Shown: positions 20,601-29,994 of the stretch, one piece after another
Layout of the letters: each line of letters begins with the position of its first letter
How positions within the stretch are numbered: the first letter of the stretch is position 1
From: Candidatus Poribacteria bacterium
GTDB taxonomy: Bacteria; Poribacteria; WGA-4E; WGA-3G
Reading direction: 5' to 3'
Length of the DNA stretch: 64,000 nt
Assembly (NCBI GenBank): GCA_965198235.1
Contig: OZ240248.1
Location: 2,240,001 to 2,304,000, forward strand
Notes under the pieces: generated by a model
Database searches by the model: none
Told to the model about the DNA's origin: nothing
Seen by the model: the letters and a program-made list of their open reading frames with translations, nothing else
Position numbers and translations under genes: made by a program

Positions 20601-21565
20601 TGGATCAATTGTCTAAAACGCCAGATTCGCAATTGCCTCTGTATATAGCCGAAAGTCTTCCGAATTTCTATGTTGTGGATGCGAATACTGTCCTTGAAAT
20701 TTTGGTAAGACTGTCAAGTGATGAATCACCTATGGTTACGAGGCAAATCATCCACGCTCTCACCGGTAAAGAACTTAAATTCTCACCACAAAACCACTTG
20801 GAAAAATACAAGAAAGTGATGCGTAATTGTGTTCGTTTAGAACGCATTGATCATGATGCTGAACGAATTCTACACACTATCTTCAGGCATGAACCGATCT
20901 GGGTTATCAAATTTTTTGAGGAGCGAATTGCTTACAAAGAGAATGAATCTAACCGCTACAATTCAATTTCGGATCGACCATCTGAGTTGTTTAAGTTTGA
21001 CGCGGTCCCCCATCGGCCATACTATCTATTTGAGGGTGTGGATTGGAATAATCAAAACGTGCTTGGAGCCTTGAAACGTGTGAGGGATTGGGTTCTTCAT
21101 ACCTCAAACCTCTTGAGATTTGAGGCACCCAACTTGCTTACATCTATGCTCAGTGAAACGCGTAGCAGTAAAGTCAAAATTAATCCGGCAATGAGGAAAC
21201 TCCTTGGGGAATGGATAGACTCAAAAGATTTAGAACTGATGAGAGAGGCTGCTTATCTGATGAGGGGATTCGACCCAGACACCGTCTTTTATTCCCTTGC
21301 GGAATTGCTTGTCATAAAAAGCAAGGGCGACAAACAAGTGCAAGGTGGAATCATCGCTGCACTTTCCTCGGGGGTTTACTCGAGAAGCTTCGGTGAGCCT
21401 GCACCGCATCTTGTGAAACGTATCAAAGACCTCGAAGCGTTACGGGATAGAACACAATCGCTGATTTTTAAACAATTCGCCGAAGATCTCATAGAAATGA
21501 CAGAACAAGATATTGAAATACAAGCACAAGAAGATGAAGAGTTTCTTGAAGGGGAAGAATGGTAA
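17645..21565 (+). CDS. Mrr-like restriction endonuclease-STAND NTPase-helical repeat protein (Avs/NLR-like)
   Basis: N-terminal GRDGGID...QYK (PD-(D/E)xK, Mrr-like); Walker A GSGGIGKT; Walker B FFIDD; IITR; long alpha-helical C-terminus. Confidence 0.8.
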   Translation: MKKVLSDYIKTKEDFDRFCNLFLKKEVSPFVKVYDAPGRDGGIDADYTGVYKKRDGTWIFQYKFFDPTIDKGRARSQLISQMKGGKRKKGELDKADALQCDHYVLMTSTLLTAGNKRKIEDLKNEKEYTFSLICWDAEDLIAMTDEFPYLLNSFRDPYLPVFLPWQDMFRDQTTGKHQLLRYDYETFGREDEIRQFQTFVRDPDKRLLMVYGSGGIGKTKLAIEFAKTVEQEHTDYEPLFVQMAGDSFESALADIPPNRNYVFFIDDAHDLIDHLGGINIILNSSGYSESKAVIITRKPFKASLEGCFLTALPDDAVDELEIRKLSLEETKEFIRTYTRIPDGSLLTGLAQIGRDTPLIAAMVIDSLNKGLDLRDLTTKDKLVELTFESYLNDIFSKHLPRSDKRHRKLLDWLSGIASIDTEDNRIRDKLAEILKVEPYEIEQYRDDLRAYGLLLQFGRKQRVFPDVLSDYILRKACFLSDGRPSSFHKSLLDDFLPLLPIKVIINLARVENITGEKNLLDEHVDSLKTRVEEGDNVVREHILEQMEGISYFRPDDATEIFNIIFDNPKEDYVRHYRGWTSIRTHQDLIKKVAKEVQKTVNTLSGFTKTLKIVRKLLLMGDLELPNHDSPQELLKRMAGFQTSKPSVFQTRVIESFEVWEKEDEPELSLALLNALDSLLVLDFSETFSEGSSLKFDWHHLNYTPELSQLRAKAINLIEHCLRTSQHSTVKAEAIGSISRAINPLESSFRQGIAEEEQALLQEDQTRLFNILADQMLKESDFTVLNAIDRCLHGYTENTYLGGFPKEKAAELLAKFHEHENYERYHFYRQFTGKFRDWEASESTEQTQAFLESYIKKYTSTQLSCLMQECIEVAEQGKEYRSTRDGIWSEKGWNPGSATSLLHSIGKIDPSYGVDLLYCIVAWQTDESHCASGLLNGIRCSDKDKALEATRRLLNQDTIFAKHIVARSYSWRSKTDQDFGKEDLSILDQLSKTPDSQLPLYIAESLPNFYVVDANTVLEILVRLSSDESPMVTRQIIHALTGKELKFSPQNHLEKYKKVMRNCVRLERIDHDAERILHTIFRHEPIWVIKFFEERIAYKENESNRYNSISDRPSELFKFDAVPHRPYYLFEGVDWNNQNVLGALKRVRDWVLHTSNLLRFEAPNLLTSMLSETRSSKVKINPAMRKLLGEWIDSKDLELMREAAYLMRGFDPDTVFYSLAELLVIKSKGDKQVQGGIIAALSSGVYSRSFGEPAPHLVKRIKDLEALRDRTQSLIFKQFAEDLIEMTEQDIEIQAQEDEEFLEGEEW

Positions 21566-22371
21566 ATTTAACGCACGAAGCCAGTCTCCTTCAAAAAATT
21601 GAGGATCTAGCTACAAACCGAAAAATCCAAATCACCGTAGGGTTAACTGCTCAAGATGCCGAAACTAAAATTCAAAAGTTGATTCCAACAACCCATCAAC
21701 GACTCAACGCGGCAAGGTTTTATCTGGATTTGATGGGGAGTGTGGACTATACCCCCTATATTATGAGCAGATTCTCTCTATCCACAGAGCAAAAACCGTT
21801 AATTGACTTTTCGGATAACGACCTCCATGTTCAAATTAACCTGTTAAACCCTGACACTTTTCCGTTGGTTGTTTTTATCGTTCTGCACGGTTTCTTTTCC
21901 AATATCGTTAGCTCCGACGATTGTGTGGCAAAAGTCATCAACATCGTTTACGGTCTACTTAAAAATGATCGTAACGGTTCCAAAATACGTCAAGAGTTAG
22001 AAAACAAAATACCAAATGGTCTTCTGACCCGGCATTTACGCAATTTTCATCTGGTGAGCCGGAGTGGAAATTCGGACCAAATAGGTTTTTCTTTTAGTAT
22101 CGCGAAGCAAATCAGGAATCAATTGACACATGATCACATAAACGATTTGGTAGATTTTCCAACTATTTTTGATCTCTCAGGGCCCTTGGAGGGTTCAACC
22201 TTCAAGCTACATTTCAATCCTGAATTTTTCCCCGCCAATATCTCTCGTGGAAACACTGAACTAATTACCTTTTGCAACAGCGTATTTAAAGAAACAGTAG
22301 GTTTCGTAGATGAGTGCTATAGGCTAATTCTCGGCAAACTCCAGCATAGTGGTGTTCTCCCGGTTTTATGA
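21559..22371 (+). CDS. Putative HEPN-domain RNase (Cthe_2314-like)
   Basis: Rx4H motif IRNQLTH in a helical protein; overlaps the upstream stop codon by 7 nt. Confidence 0.6.
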   Translation: MVNLTHEASLLQKIEDLATNRKIQITVGLTAQDAETKIQKLIPTTHQRLNAARFYLDLMGSVDYTPYIMSRFSLSTEQKPLIDFSDNDLHVQINLLNPDTFPLVVFIVLHGFFSNIVSSDDCVAKVINIVYGLLKNDRNGSKIRQELENKIPNGLLTRHLRNFHLVSRSGNSDQIGFSFSIAKQIRNQLTHDHINDLVDFPTIFDLSGPLEGSTFKLHFNPEFFPANISRGNTELITFCNSVFKETVGFVDECYRLILGKLQHSGVLPVL

Positions 22372-22394
22372 TTCTCCGATTTCCGTAATCGCTG

Positions 22395-23435
22395 TTAAGA
22401 GGCGATGTAAACTTTTTCACCACTCTGTGCACTGTCGTAGAATGCGTCCAAGATTTGCATAAAGGTATATGCATCGGGTGCTGCGACATCTGGTGCGACC
22501 TCGCCTGCTATCGCCATAGCGAAGTGGTTGAGTTCATAGTAGAAGACGTGGACCTCTTCAGGGAGTTCACCGTGGTCGATTTCGAGTGGTTCCTCAACGG
22601 TTTCTCGGACGAATTCGCCATCTTTAAATCGTGCTATGCCACCGTTCGTGATTGCGCCGATGGTGCCGTAAAGTTCAACGACGCTGGCGGAGTCGGAGTG
22701 GCTCATCCGGGAACAATCGATCTGGATGGTTTTTCCGCCTTCACATCCGAGTATGCCGGTGAAATAGTCCTCTGCCGGTCCCTCCGGTCCATCGTACTGG
22801 GGGTAAAGTACGTGCTTAGCGGCAAACGCCCACTCCGGTTTCGGACACCCCATCCACCACCAAGTAAGGTTGAGTTCGTGCGAATAGTGTTGCCCTAACG
22901 AACCGCCCTTCTGCCCGTAGACGTGTAGCCATCGACTGTTGATATCGAGTTGTGGAATGAAGTTGTATTTCCCGAAGACGCGAGCGTGATACAGATCTCC
23001 GATCGCCCCGTTTAGGACAGCGCGCCGAATCTTTCGGTTGTTCGGAAAGTGGCGCATAAAGTAGCAGAATTGCAGTGTTTTCCCGGCTTGTTGTGCGGCT
23101 GCTTCCATCTCTAAGATTTCGGGTGCGCGGATTGCGTGCGGTTTTTGCACTAAGACGTGCTTACCAGCACTGAACGTATCCAGAACTTGTTGTAGTCTGC
23201 CATCTGGGGAAGTCGCGAGATAGACGGCTTCAACGTCAGGGTTGTCAAGGAGTTCCCGATAGTCGGCATAGCGGTGTGGTACTGCATTGTCATCACCCGC
23301 CTGTTCTCGACGGACTGGGTCGCGTTCTGCGATTGCAATAACGTTCAGTCGCGAGGTGGCATTAGCGGCGTTGATCGCTTGACAGCCTGCCCATCCACAG
23401 CCAACGACTCCAAGTTGAATGAATTGGTTCGTCAT
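22395..23435 (-). CDS. Gfo/Idh/MocA family oxidoreductase
   Basis: VVGCGWAG, 'GKHVLVQKP' (EKP variant). Confidence 0.88.
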   Translation of the reverse strand: MTNQFIQLGVVGCGWAGCQAINAANATSRLNVIAIAERDPVRREQAGDDNAVPHRYADYRELLDNPDVEAVYLATSPDGRLQQVLDTFSAGKHVLVQKPHAIRAPEILEMEAAAQQAGKTLQFCYFMRHFPNNRKIRRAVLNGAIGDLYHARVFGKYNFIPQLDINSRWLHVYGQKGGSLGQHYSHELNLTWWWMGCPKPEWAFAAKHVLYPQYDGPEGPAEDYFTGILGCEGGKTIQIDCSRMSHSDSASVVELYGTIGAITNGGIARFKDGEFVRETVEEPLEIDHGELPEEVHVFYYELNHFAMAIAGEVAPDVAAPDAYTFMQILDAFYDSAQSGEKVYIAS

Positions 23436-23486
23436 AAGGTGTTGCCTCCGATACTTCTCTGGAAACGTACGAGAGAGACATCGTGC

Positions 23487-24278
23487 CTAAAAGAGTTGTG
23501 ATAACTCTAAAATACTATCAAGCACCCATGTCGGTTTCGCAACGGGGTTTTCCAAATGATTGGGTTTAAATTTCCCAGTCCTAACGAGGATACTTCGCAT
23601 CTGCATTCTTTCCGCCCCAACTATGTCGGTGGTAATATCATCACCTACCACAATTACGTCCTTTGGAGCGAGTTGAAGATTATTGAGCACAGTTTTGAAG
23701 AACGTCTCACTCGGCTTTCCCATGATTGTCGCTGTTTTGCCCGCAGCAGCCTCCAGCAGCGTCACGAACGCGCCGCAATCCAAGAGTATCCCTTCAGGAG
23801 AGAACCAATAGAGCGATTTCTGGAGCGCGATCAATTCCGCTCCATCCATCAACAGGCGGAAAGCGTGATTTAAAGCGTGAAAGTCAAAGCCTTCACCGTA
23901 GTCCCCAACAATGACAAAGTCGGGGGCATCGTCGTCTGTAGGTATCTCCTTGAAAAATGCTTTGACGGCATCATCGACCATAAAATGGCAACTTACCTCA
24001 GGCTGTGAGCGTAAGTAGAGGAGACACGCGTAAGTCGCATTAAAAATTTCATCTTCGTAGATGTCAAATCCCAATTCTTGCATCTGCGCGTGAAGCATCT
24101 TTGGGGTTTTGGCAGTCGTGTTTGTCAGAAATCGGAGTTGATATTTCTCCTGACGCAAGTAGTTGACGACTTCGATTGCTCTGGGGCAAGGTTTGCCCTT
24201 AAAATAGAGCGTCCCATCCAAGTCAATCAAAAAAGCCTTCGGAGGCGTTGCGTTCAGCTGCTGCGTTGTATCTGTCAT
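23487..24278 (-). CDS. HAD-IIA family hydrolase (LHPP/HDHD2-like)
   Basis: DLDGT, LTN, GKP and GDD motifs. Confidence 0.88.
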   Translation of the reverse strand: MTDTTQQLNATPPKAFLIDLDGTLYFKGKPCPRAIEVVNYLRQEKYQLRFLTNTTAKTPKMLHAQMQELGFDIYEDEIFNATYACLLYLRSQPEVSCHFMVDDAVKAFFKEIPTDDDAPDFVIVGDYGEGFDFHALNHAFRLLMDGAELIALQKSLYWFSPEGILLDCGAFVTLLEAAAGKTATIMGKPSETFFKTVLNNLQLAPKDVIVVGDDITTDIVGAERMQMRSILVRTGKFKPNHLENPVAKPTWVLDSILELSQLF

Positions 24279-24281
24279 GTG

Positions 24282-25475
24282 TTACGGTTCGATAACTTTA
24301 TAGTGTTCCACTTGCCCGCCGCTGATTGTTTGGATTGTGAGGCTTTTAACAGGATGACGGTTTTCATCGTAATGCGAAATGGTTGTCGCACCTTTGTAAC
24401 CGCTGACTGCAGCGAATGCGTCGCGGACCGCATCCCGGTCAAGTGAACCCGCTTTTTCTATTGCGCGTGCCAAGAGTCGCATCGCATCGTAACCCGACGC
24501 GGCGACACCATCCGGTGGACTCTCAAACAGTGCCGTGTAACCTTTCACAAATTCTTGAACATCCGCATCCTGTGTTGCCACAGAGAAATTGGTCGGGTAA
24601 TAACTACTATCCAACGCAGTATTATCGTCTAAGATGCTGAGAAATCGTTCTCTGTCATCCCACGCACTACCACCGATAAAGGTCGCTGTGATGCCGAATT
24701 GACGTGCTTCACTAATTAAGAGTGGGACCTCTGGCTGATGGCCGGGACAGAAGATAACGTCTGGTGTCGCGTCATGAATTTCTGAGAGTAGCGTGGTAAA
24801 GGAGGTATCGCCTGCAGAATAGGCACCACTGTGAACGATTTGACCACCGATTTCCTGAAAAGCTGCTTCAAACGCTTCGACGAGATCGATGGAATAGACA
24901 TCGCCCTCTTCGTAAATTGTCGCTGCCGTTTTGGCATCAAGCTCGTCAGGATTCATCGCGAAACTTGCCATCACTTTCCCTTGAAAAGGGTTTGGCACCG
25001 TGATTAGGAAGATATAATCTCCGATTTCTGGTACATTTGATCCGCTTGCACCAGGAAGCATGAGCCGCTGTGTCTGCTGCGCAATCGGACCGACCTCAAC
25101 AGACATAGTAGAACGAACGGGACCTAAGAGCGCAAAGACGTTCTCCATATCAATTAGTTCTTTCGCGGCATTCACACTTGCTTCCGGTGTTGGAAGTGTG
25201 CCCGCCACGGGTTGATTATCTCGAGTGATAAACACTACCTGCCTGCCAAGCACCCCTCCATTTTCATTAATTTGGACACGAGCGGTCTCAGCACCTTGAC
25301 TAAAGGTAGTGTAACTGTGTGACGGCTGAATTACGCCGATTTTTAATGTCGCTTCGGTTGGAGCGGTGGTCGCGTCGGGCTGAACTACTTGGTTGATACG
25401 GTCGCACCCTAATAGGTAAATACTTAGAATAGCAGATAGAATAACCGAAGTTAAAATGAAAATTCTCGCGCGCAT
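24282..25475 (-). CDS. LivJ/LivK-like ABC substrate-binding lipoprotein
   Basis: Lipobox LLGC after ATG 25475; 'INENGGVLGR', 'GYDA'. Confidence 0.85.
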   Translation of the reverse strand: MRARIFILTSVILSAILSIYLLGCDRINQVVQPDATTAPTEATLKIGVIQPSHSYTTFSQGAETARVQINENGGVLGRQVVFITRDNQPVAGTLPTPEASVNAAKELIDMENVFALLGPVRSTMSVEVGPIAQQTQRLMLPGASGSNVPEIGDYIFLITVPNPFQGKVMASFAMNPDELDAKTAATIYEEGDVYSIDLVEAFEAAFQEIGGQIVHSGAYSAGDTSFTTLLSEIHDATPDVIFCPGHQPEVPLLISEARQFGITATFIGGSAWDDRERFLSILDDNTALDSSYYPTNFSVATQDADVQEFVKGYTALFESPPDGVAASGYDAMRLLARAIEKAGSLDRDAVRDAFAAVSGYKGATTISHYDENRHPVKSLTIQTISGGQVEHYKVIEP

Positions 25476-25628
25476 AATGTAGTGTTCTCCTTTTGGCAAA
25501 AAATAGAAAATGTTTGAAAAATATTTAGATTTGTGGTAACCTCTTATCCAACAAAAACAATAACAGACTCCACCGATTTTGTCAAGTTTAGAAACATATC
25601 CTTTTAAGAGCGTAAACAAAAGCGCGTA

Positions 25629-25651
25629 GCCTGCAACAACGGCGCAGGCGA
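25629..25651. repeat. Dispersed REP-like repeat, with an inverted copy at 43033-43055
   Basis: GCCTGCAACAACGGCGCAGGCGA is the exact reverse complement of 43033-43055. Confidence 0.7.
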
Positions 25652-25714
25652 CTCGAACGCGAAAACCGTCAAAGTCCAAATTGCCGTTACTGCTCCGCAA
25701 GGAAAAATTAAAAA

Positions 25715-26773
25715 ATGGAACTCGGTTTTTTCACAATGCCTTTGCATCCACCCGGCAGTGACACCACCAAGACGCTTGATCATGATATTGAACAGATGGT
25801 GATACTGGACGAGTTGGGTTATAAAGAAGCTTATGTTGGTGAGCATTTCACGTTTACGTGGGAGAATATTCCGTCTCCTGATCTTTTTATTGCTAAAGCG
25901 GCTACGATGACAGAGAACATCATTTTCGGTACGGGAATTACCTGTATGCCGATACACAATCCCGCCGTTATCGCGCATCGTATCGCGCAACTGGATCATC
26001 AAACGCATGGGCGGCTTCACTGGGGGGTTGGTTCAAGTTCCACGCCGAGTGACGCGGAGATGTTTATGGCATCTGGGGATAGGCGGCAGTCGACCCGCGA
26101 AGGAATTGAAGCCGTACTCAAGATTTGGACAGACCCGGAGCCCGGACATTACAAGACCGATTTCTGGGAATTTAAGATCCCCGAGGACCGTCCAAACATT
26201 GTCAGCATTCACATGAAGCCTTATCAGAAGCCGCATCCGCCAATCGCAATGGCGGGATCGTCCGCTAAATCCGACACACTCGTTCTTGCTGGCGAACGGG
26301 GTTGGATTCCGATGAGTATTAACCTTGCACATATCCCGATCATCAAGACGCACTGGGATGCAGTCGAGGAGGGAGCAGAAAAGTCTGGATTATCGCCATC
26401 TCGTTCGACGTGGCGTATTGCCCGCGAGGTCTACGTTGCGGACACCACCGAACAGGCGCGAAAAGAAGCACTTGAAGGCACGCTTGGACGTGATTTTGAG
26501 GACTACTGGTTTAATCTGATGGGCAGCGGTAATTTCAAGCCGAGTCCGGATATTGCCGACTCGGATATGAGTACCGAGCACCTGTTGGACACACTGTGGG
26601 TTGTTGGCAGCCCTGATCATGTTGCCAACCGGTTGCGTGAGATCTATGAGGAAGTCGGTGGCTTTGGCATGCTACTTGCCATGGGGCACGAGTGGGAGCC
26701 GAAGGAACAGTGGTTGAACTCAATGACACTCCTCAAGAATGAGGTGATGCCGCAACTGGCGGATTTGACATAG
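25715..26773 (+). CDS. Luciferase-like (LLM) flavin-dependent monooxygenase
   Basis: 'ELGYKEAYVGEH', 'HNPAVIAHRIAQLD', 'KPYQKPHPP', 'VGSPDHV'. Confidence 0.9.
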   Translation: MELGFFTMPLHPPGSDTTKTLDHDIEQMVILDELGYKEAYVGEHFTFTWENIPSPDLFIAKAATMTENIIFGTGITCMPIHNPAVIAHRIAQLDHQTHGRLHWGVGSSSTPSDAEMFMASGDRRQSTREGIEAVLKIWTDPEPGHYKTDFWEFKIPEDRPNIVSIHMKPYQKPHPPIAMAGSSAKSDTLVLAGERGWIPMSINLAHIPIIKTHWDAVEEGAEKSGLSPSRSTWRIAREVYVADTTEQARKEALEGTLGRDFEDYWFNLMGSGNFKPSPDIADSDMSTEHLLDTLWVVGSPDHVANRLREIYEEVGGFGMLLAMGHEWEPKEQWLNSMTLLKNEVMPQLADLT

Positions 26774-26839
26774 TAGCAGGCACGCTCCGCGTGCCGTTGC
26801 CCTTTTCTACTTGTAGCGGACGAAACCGGGAGACTTCTT

Positions 26840-28081
26840 ATGACTACCCTCATGGCAGGTGCCGCGGAGACTGTGATTACCTCCATAAAGGACAGACCCA
26901 ATGTTTACGCTGAGTTGTATGCGCGTGCATTGGTGCTCGCCGATGGTGAAAAGCAACTCGCTATTGTGACAGCCGACTATGGGCAGTTTTCAATTCAGTA
27001 CAATAAAGTGCTGCTTGAAGCAATCCAGGATGCCACCGGCATACCGCCAGAGCATGTCGTCATTAACTGTAGCCATACGCATAACGCTCCGGGGGTTGAC
27101 GGACGATGGATGAGTGAAGCATCTGAAGCGTGGTTGGCGACGTGTCTTGCTGAATTGGTGAAAGATGCAGTTGGTAAACTTGAACCTGCGACTTTGCGCG
27201 TCGGACGTGCACCCGTTCAAGTTGGTTACAACCGTCGCATAATGAATGATGAGGGCTATATTACCATGGCACCCAATCCTGAAGGTTCTGTTGTGCCGTG
27301 GGTTGACGTGTTAGGGGCTTACGATGCAAATGGGGACATCATCGCAGTGCTGTTCTCACATGCGGCGCACCCGGTGATTGTCCACTGGTCGAGCGAGGAG
27401 ATAGGTGCTGATTTCCCCGGCTATGCCGTTGAACATCTGCGCAATTTCTTGGAGTTGAAGCCGGAAAGCATCTTACTCTTTGCGCAAGGCTGCGCCGCAG
27501 ACATCAACGGGTATCCGTTGCGAGGTGGTTTCAGTGCTTGCGATGTCGCTGGATTCACACTCGCGTTTGCGACACATCAAGCGTTGAAAACTTCGAAAGA
27601 GGTTCCTGCTGCACCCCTTAAAGCGTATTCGGAACTTGTCAATTTGCCGTTCCGAGATCCGCCATCAGTTACCGAATGCGAGCAGTTAATCAAAGAATTT
27701 CCTGACGATGAACGCTATGTCGCCTTATTAGAAGTTGCTAAGAGCGGCGAAAAGCGTGCCTTGCCTTTTCCAATAAGCGCATTTGCGGTCGGCGATGCGC
27801 TCTGTTTCTTGTCTGTATCTCATGAACTTTTCTCGGAGTACCAACTCTTTGTTGATGAAACGTCGCCGTTCGCGCATACATTCGTCTTTGGCTATACGAA
27901 CGGCAGTGAGGTCTATATTGCGACCAGAGCAGCTTACGAGTTGGGGCTGAAGGCAGGTTATGAGGCAGGACCCCGGAACCATGCCCTCAGTGGTCCCTAT
28001 CGGTTAGCACTGTTGCCCGCAGTCGAAGAACAGATTCATGAGGAGATAACGAATCTGCTCGGAAAACTAAAAGAATTATAG
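26840..28081 (+). CDS. Neutral/alkaline ceramidase-like amidohydrolase
   Basis: 'LYARALVL', 'SHTHNAP', 'HAAHP', 'ADFPG', 'GYTNG..YI'. Confidence 0.75.
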   Translation: MTTLMAGAAETVITSIKDRPNVYAELYARALVLADGEKQLAIVTADYGQFSIQYNKVLLEAIQDATGIPPEHVVINCSHTHNAPGVDGRWMSEASEAWLATCLAELVKDAVGKLEPATLRVGRAPVQVGYNRRIMNDEGYITMAPNPEGSVVPWVDVLGAYDANGDIIAVLFSHAAHPVIVHWSSEEIGADFPGYAVEHLRNFLELKPESILLFAQGCAADINGYPLRGGFSACDVAGFTLAFATHQALKTSKEVPAAPLKAYSELVNLPFRDPPSVTECEQLIKEFPDDERYVALLEVAKSGEKRALPFPISAFAVGDALCFLSVSHELFSEYQLFVDETSPFAHTFVFGYTNGSEVYIATRAAYELGLKAGYEAGPRNHALSGPYRLALLPAVEEQIHEEITNLLGKLKEL

Positions 28082-28172
28082 CGAGAAGTAGCTTGCAAGC
28101 CGAGCTCAAGTGGTGAATCATTCAAAGTGCGCGTCTACTTGGGCTCTTGGCGGAATTAAGAGGCATCTTCAA

Positions 28173-28931
28173 TTAAAAGTAGGTTTCTAACTTTGCGAGC
28201 GCGTTTGAGACCCCTTCAATAATTGGTTGTGGGGTTTCCGCTTTCAATCCTAAATAGATAAGCATGATCTCCTCAGTGTAGCCGACACGGTCTATCTCTT
28301 TACAGATGGCGGGAAAATCCATCTCTGGTGCCCAGAACGGTTCACTTCCTGTCCTTGAATCCACACCACAGTTAAAATAGACACTGAACAACCGCTCTGA
28401 CAAGGTGCGCAAAGCGACAACTGGGTCATCTCCACCGCGATGAAAATGGAACGGACTGTAGTACAAGCCGAAGTTTTCGGAGGGGATTGCATTGAAAATT
28501 TGTTGCGTGCGTTCCAAATTGTAAGCCAGACTCCCTTCGTGCGCATAGAGGGCAAGGGTCAAATTGCGAGCCTGTGCTTCTACAGTGACCGTTTTGAGAT
28601 GATCAATGATCGTTTCAACCTCGCGAGCGGTGGCTTCTTCATTTCCGCCGCTCGCTATGCTGACTATTGGGATAGAAAGCCTTTGGGCAGTGTCGAGAAT
28701 TTCGATTAACGCTTCAAGTCCGTCTGGCGCGTCAACCGCCACCGTACTCAACATAGATTTAAAATGGAGTCCGGTTTCCTCTCGGAGTGCAGCGATAGTT
28801 TCGGCTTCTGCATCCGAAAAATGGGTTTGGGCGAGTTCAATAGCAGACACGCCATTTTGGGATAACCCACCTACAAATTCCGTCAACTGGAAAGGAGAGA
28901 ATGGGAGGGTGCTTGCACAATAGGTCTTCAT
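28173..28931 (-). CDS. Sugar-phosphate isomerase/epimerase-like TIM barrel (divergent)
   Basis: AP_endonuc_2-like layout; metal ligands look degenerate. Confidence 0.6.
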   Translation of the reverse strand: MKTYCASTLPFSPFQLTEFVGGLSQNGVSAIELAQTHFSDAEAETIAALREETGLHFKSMLSTVAVDAPDGLEALIEILDTAQRLSIPIVSIASGGNEEATAREVETIIDHLKTVTVEAQARNLTLALYAHEGSLAYNLERTQQIFNAIPSENFGLYYSPFHFHRGGDDPVVALRTLSERLFSVYFNCGVDSRTGSEPFWAPEMDFPAICKEIDRVGYTEEIMLIYLGLKAETPQPIIEGVSNALAKLETYF

Positions 28932-29101
28932 GAGTCTACTCCAACTGGAATCTAATTATTTTAAGGGTGGTACATAATTGCTCATCGTGGCATCAGGTCA
29001 ATAAACTATGGACTATTGGAAACCTTCAGGCTGTGGTATGTAAAATGTACATAACTGCTACAGGGTTCTCTTGCTGATCGCTGACTGCTGATGGCTGACC
29101 G

Positions 29102-29878
29102 CTATTTACCCATCGCCTTTAATGCGCTTAGACAGCGTTCGACAGCCTCAAACGGCGGGAAGGCATCACTTTCATATTCAACAATATACCATTTCGTGCC
29201 GCCAGTGGTTTCACAGACCCGGAAAATCTCATGCCACGGCACGCTGTCCTCGCCGATAACGGGGCGGAAACCGGCGTGTCCATCTGCTTCACCCTCTGAT
29301 TGGGTGTAAGGTTTGAGGTGCACTGTGCCGGCGCGGCCTGGGTATCTCTCCAGAATGCCGACGAGATCTGCACCTCCATAGAGCGCGTTGCCCATATCCA
29401 GTTGCATCACAACACCCTCGTTCGTGTTGCCGAAGAAGGTGTCCCACGGTAGTTCGCCATCAAGCGGCGTAAACTCGACGTGGTGGTTGTGATAGCCTGT
29501 CACCATACCGTGTGCGGCGAGTTTATCGGCAACTCCGTTGAAAAAGTCCGCTAATTTCAACCAGTCCGCCCGCGATTGACGAAGTTCCCCTGGAATACCC
29601 GGAACGATGACATAAGGATTTTCCAAGACCTTGTTGAATTCAATTGTTTCATCAAGGGTGTCTTCTTGGACGAGATTGAAGGGTGTGTGCCAACCGCAGC
29701 AGACTAAGCCGAACTCGTCGAGCAAGCCTTTCAACTCTTGTGCGGAATGTTGCGGTGGACCCGCGAATTCAACGCCTTCATATCCCATTTTGGCGACCGC
29801 TTTTATTGTGCCGCGGACATCTTCTGCCAACTCATTTCGGACGGAGAACAGTTCTAAACCGATCGGTACTCTTGCCAT
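29102..29878 (-). CDS. Sugar-phosphate isomerase/epimerase (IolE/xylose isomerase-like)
   Basis: 'GYEGVEFAG', 'GYHNH..EF', 'QLDMG', 'VHLK', 'IVEYE'. Confidence 0.88.
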   Translation of the reverse strand: MARVPIGLELFSVRNELAEDVRGTIKAVAKMGYEGVEFAGPPQHSAQELKGLLDEFGLVCCGWHTPFNLVQEDTLDETIEFNKVLENPYVIVPGIPGELRQSRADWLKLADFFNGVADKLAAHGMVTGYHNHHVEFTPLDGELPWDTFFGNTNEGVVMQLDMGNALYGGADLVGILERYPGRAGTVHLKPYTQSEGEADGHAGFRPVIGEDSVPWHEIFRVCETTGGTKWYIVEYESDAFPPFEAVERCLSALKAMGK

Positions 29879-29951
29879 AATTTTCCTTTCTTTTATAGTG
29901 GAATTTATATGTAGTAAAGCCTACAATTATTGATAGACGCTGTAATACTAA

Positions 29952-29974
29952 CGGGCGATAAATCGCCCTACTAC
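29952..29974. repeat. REP-like palindrome related to the 6691-6785 element
   Basis: GGGCGAT-AA-ATCGCCC followed by TACTAC (GTAGTA head on the - strand). Confidence 0.55.
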
Positions 29975-29994
29975 AAACGTTTCTGTCGGTCTTT

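Noticed and set aside
25476-25700. N-terminal extension of the ABC substrate-binding ORF
   Set aside because: The SD and lipoprotein signal point to ATG 25475; the extension spans a divergent promoter region and a repeat.
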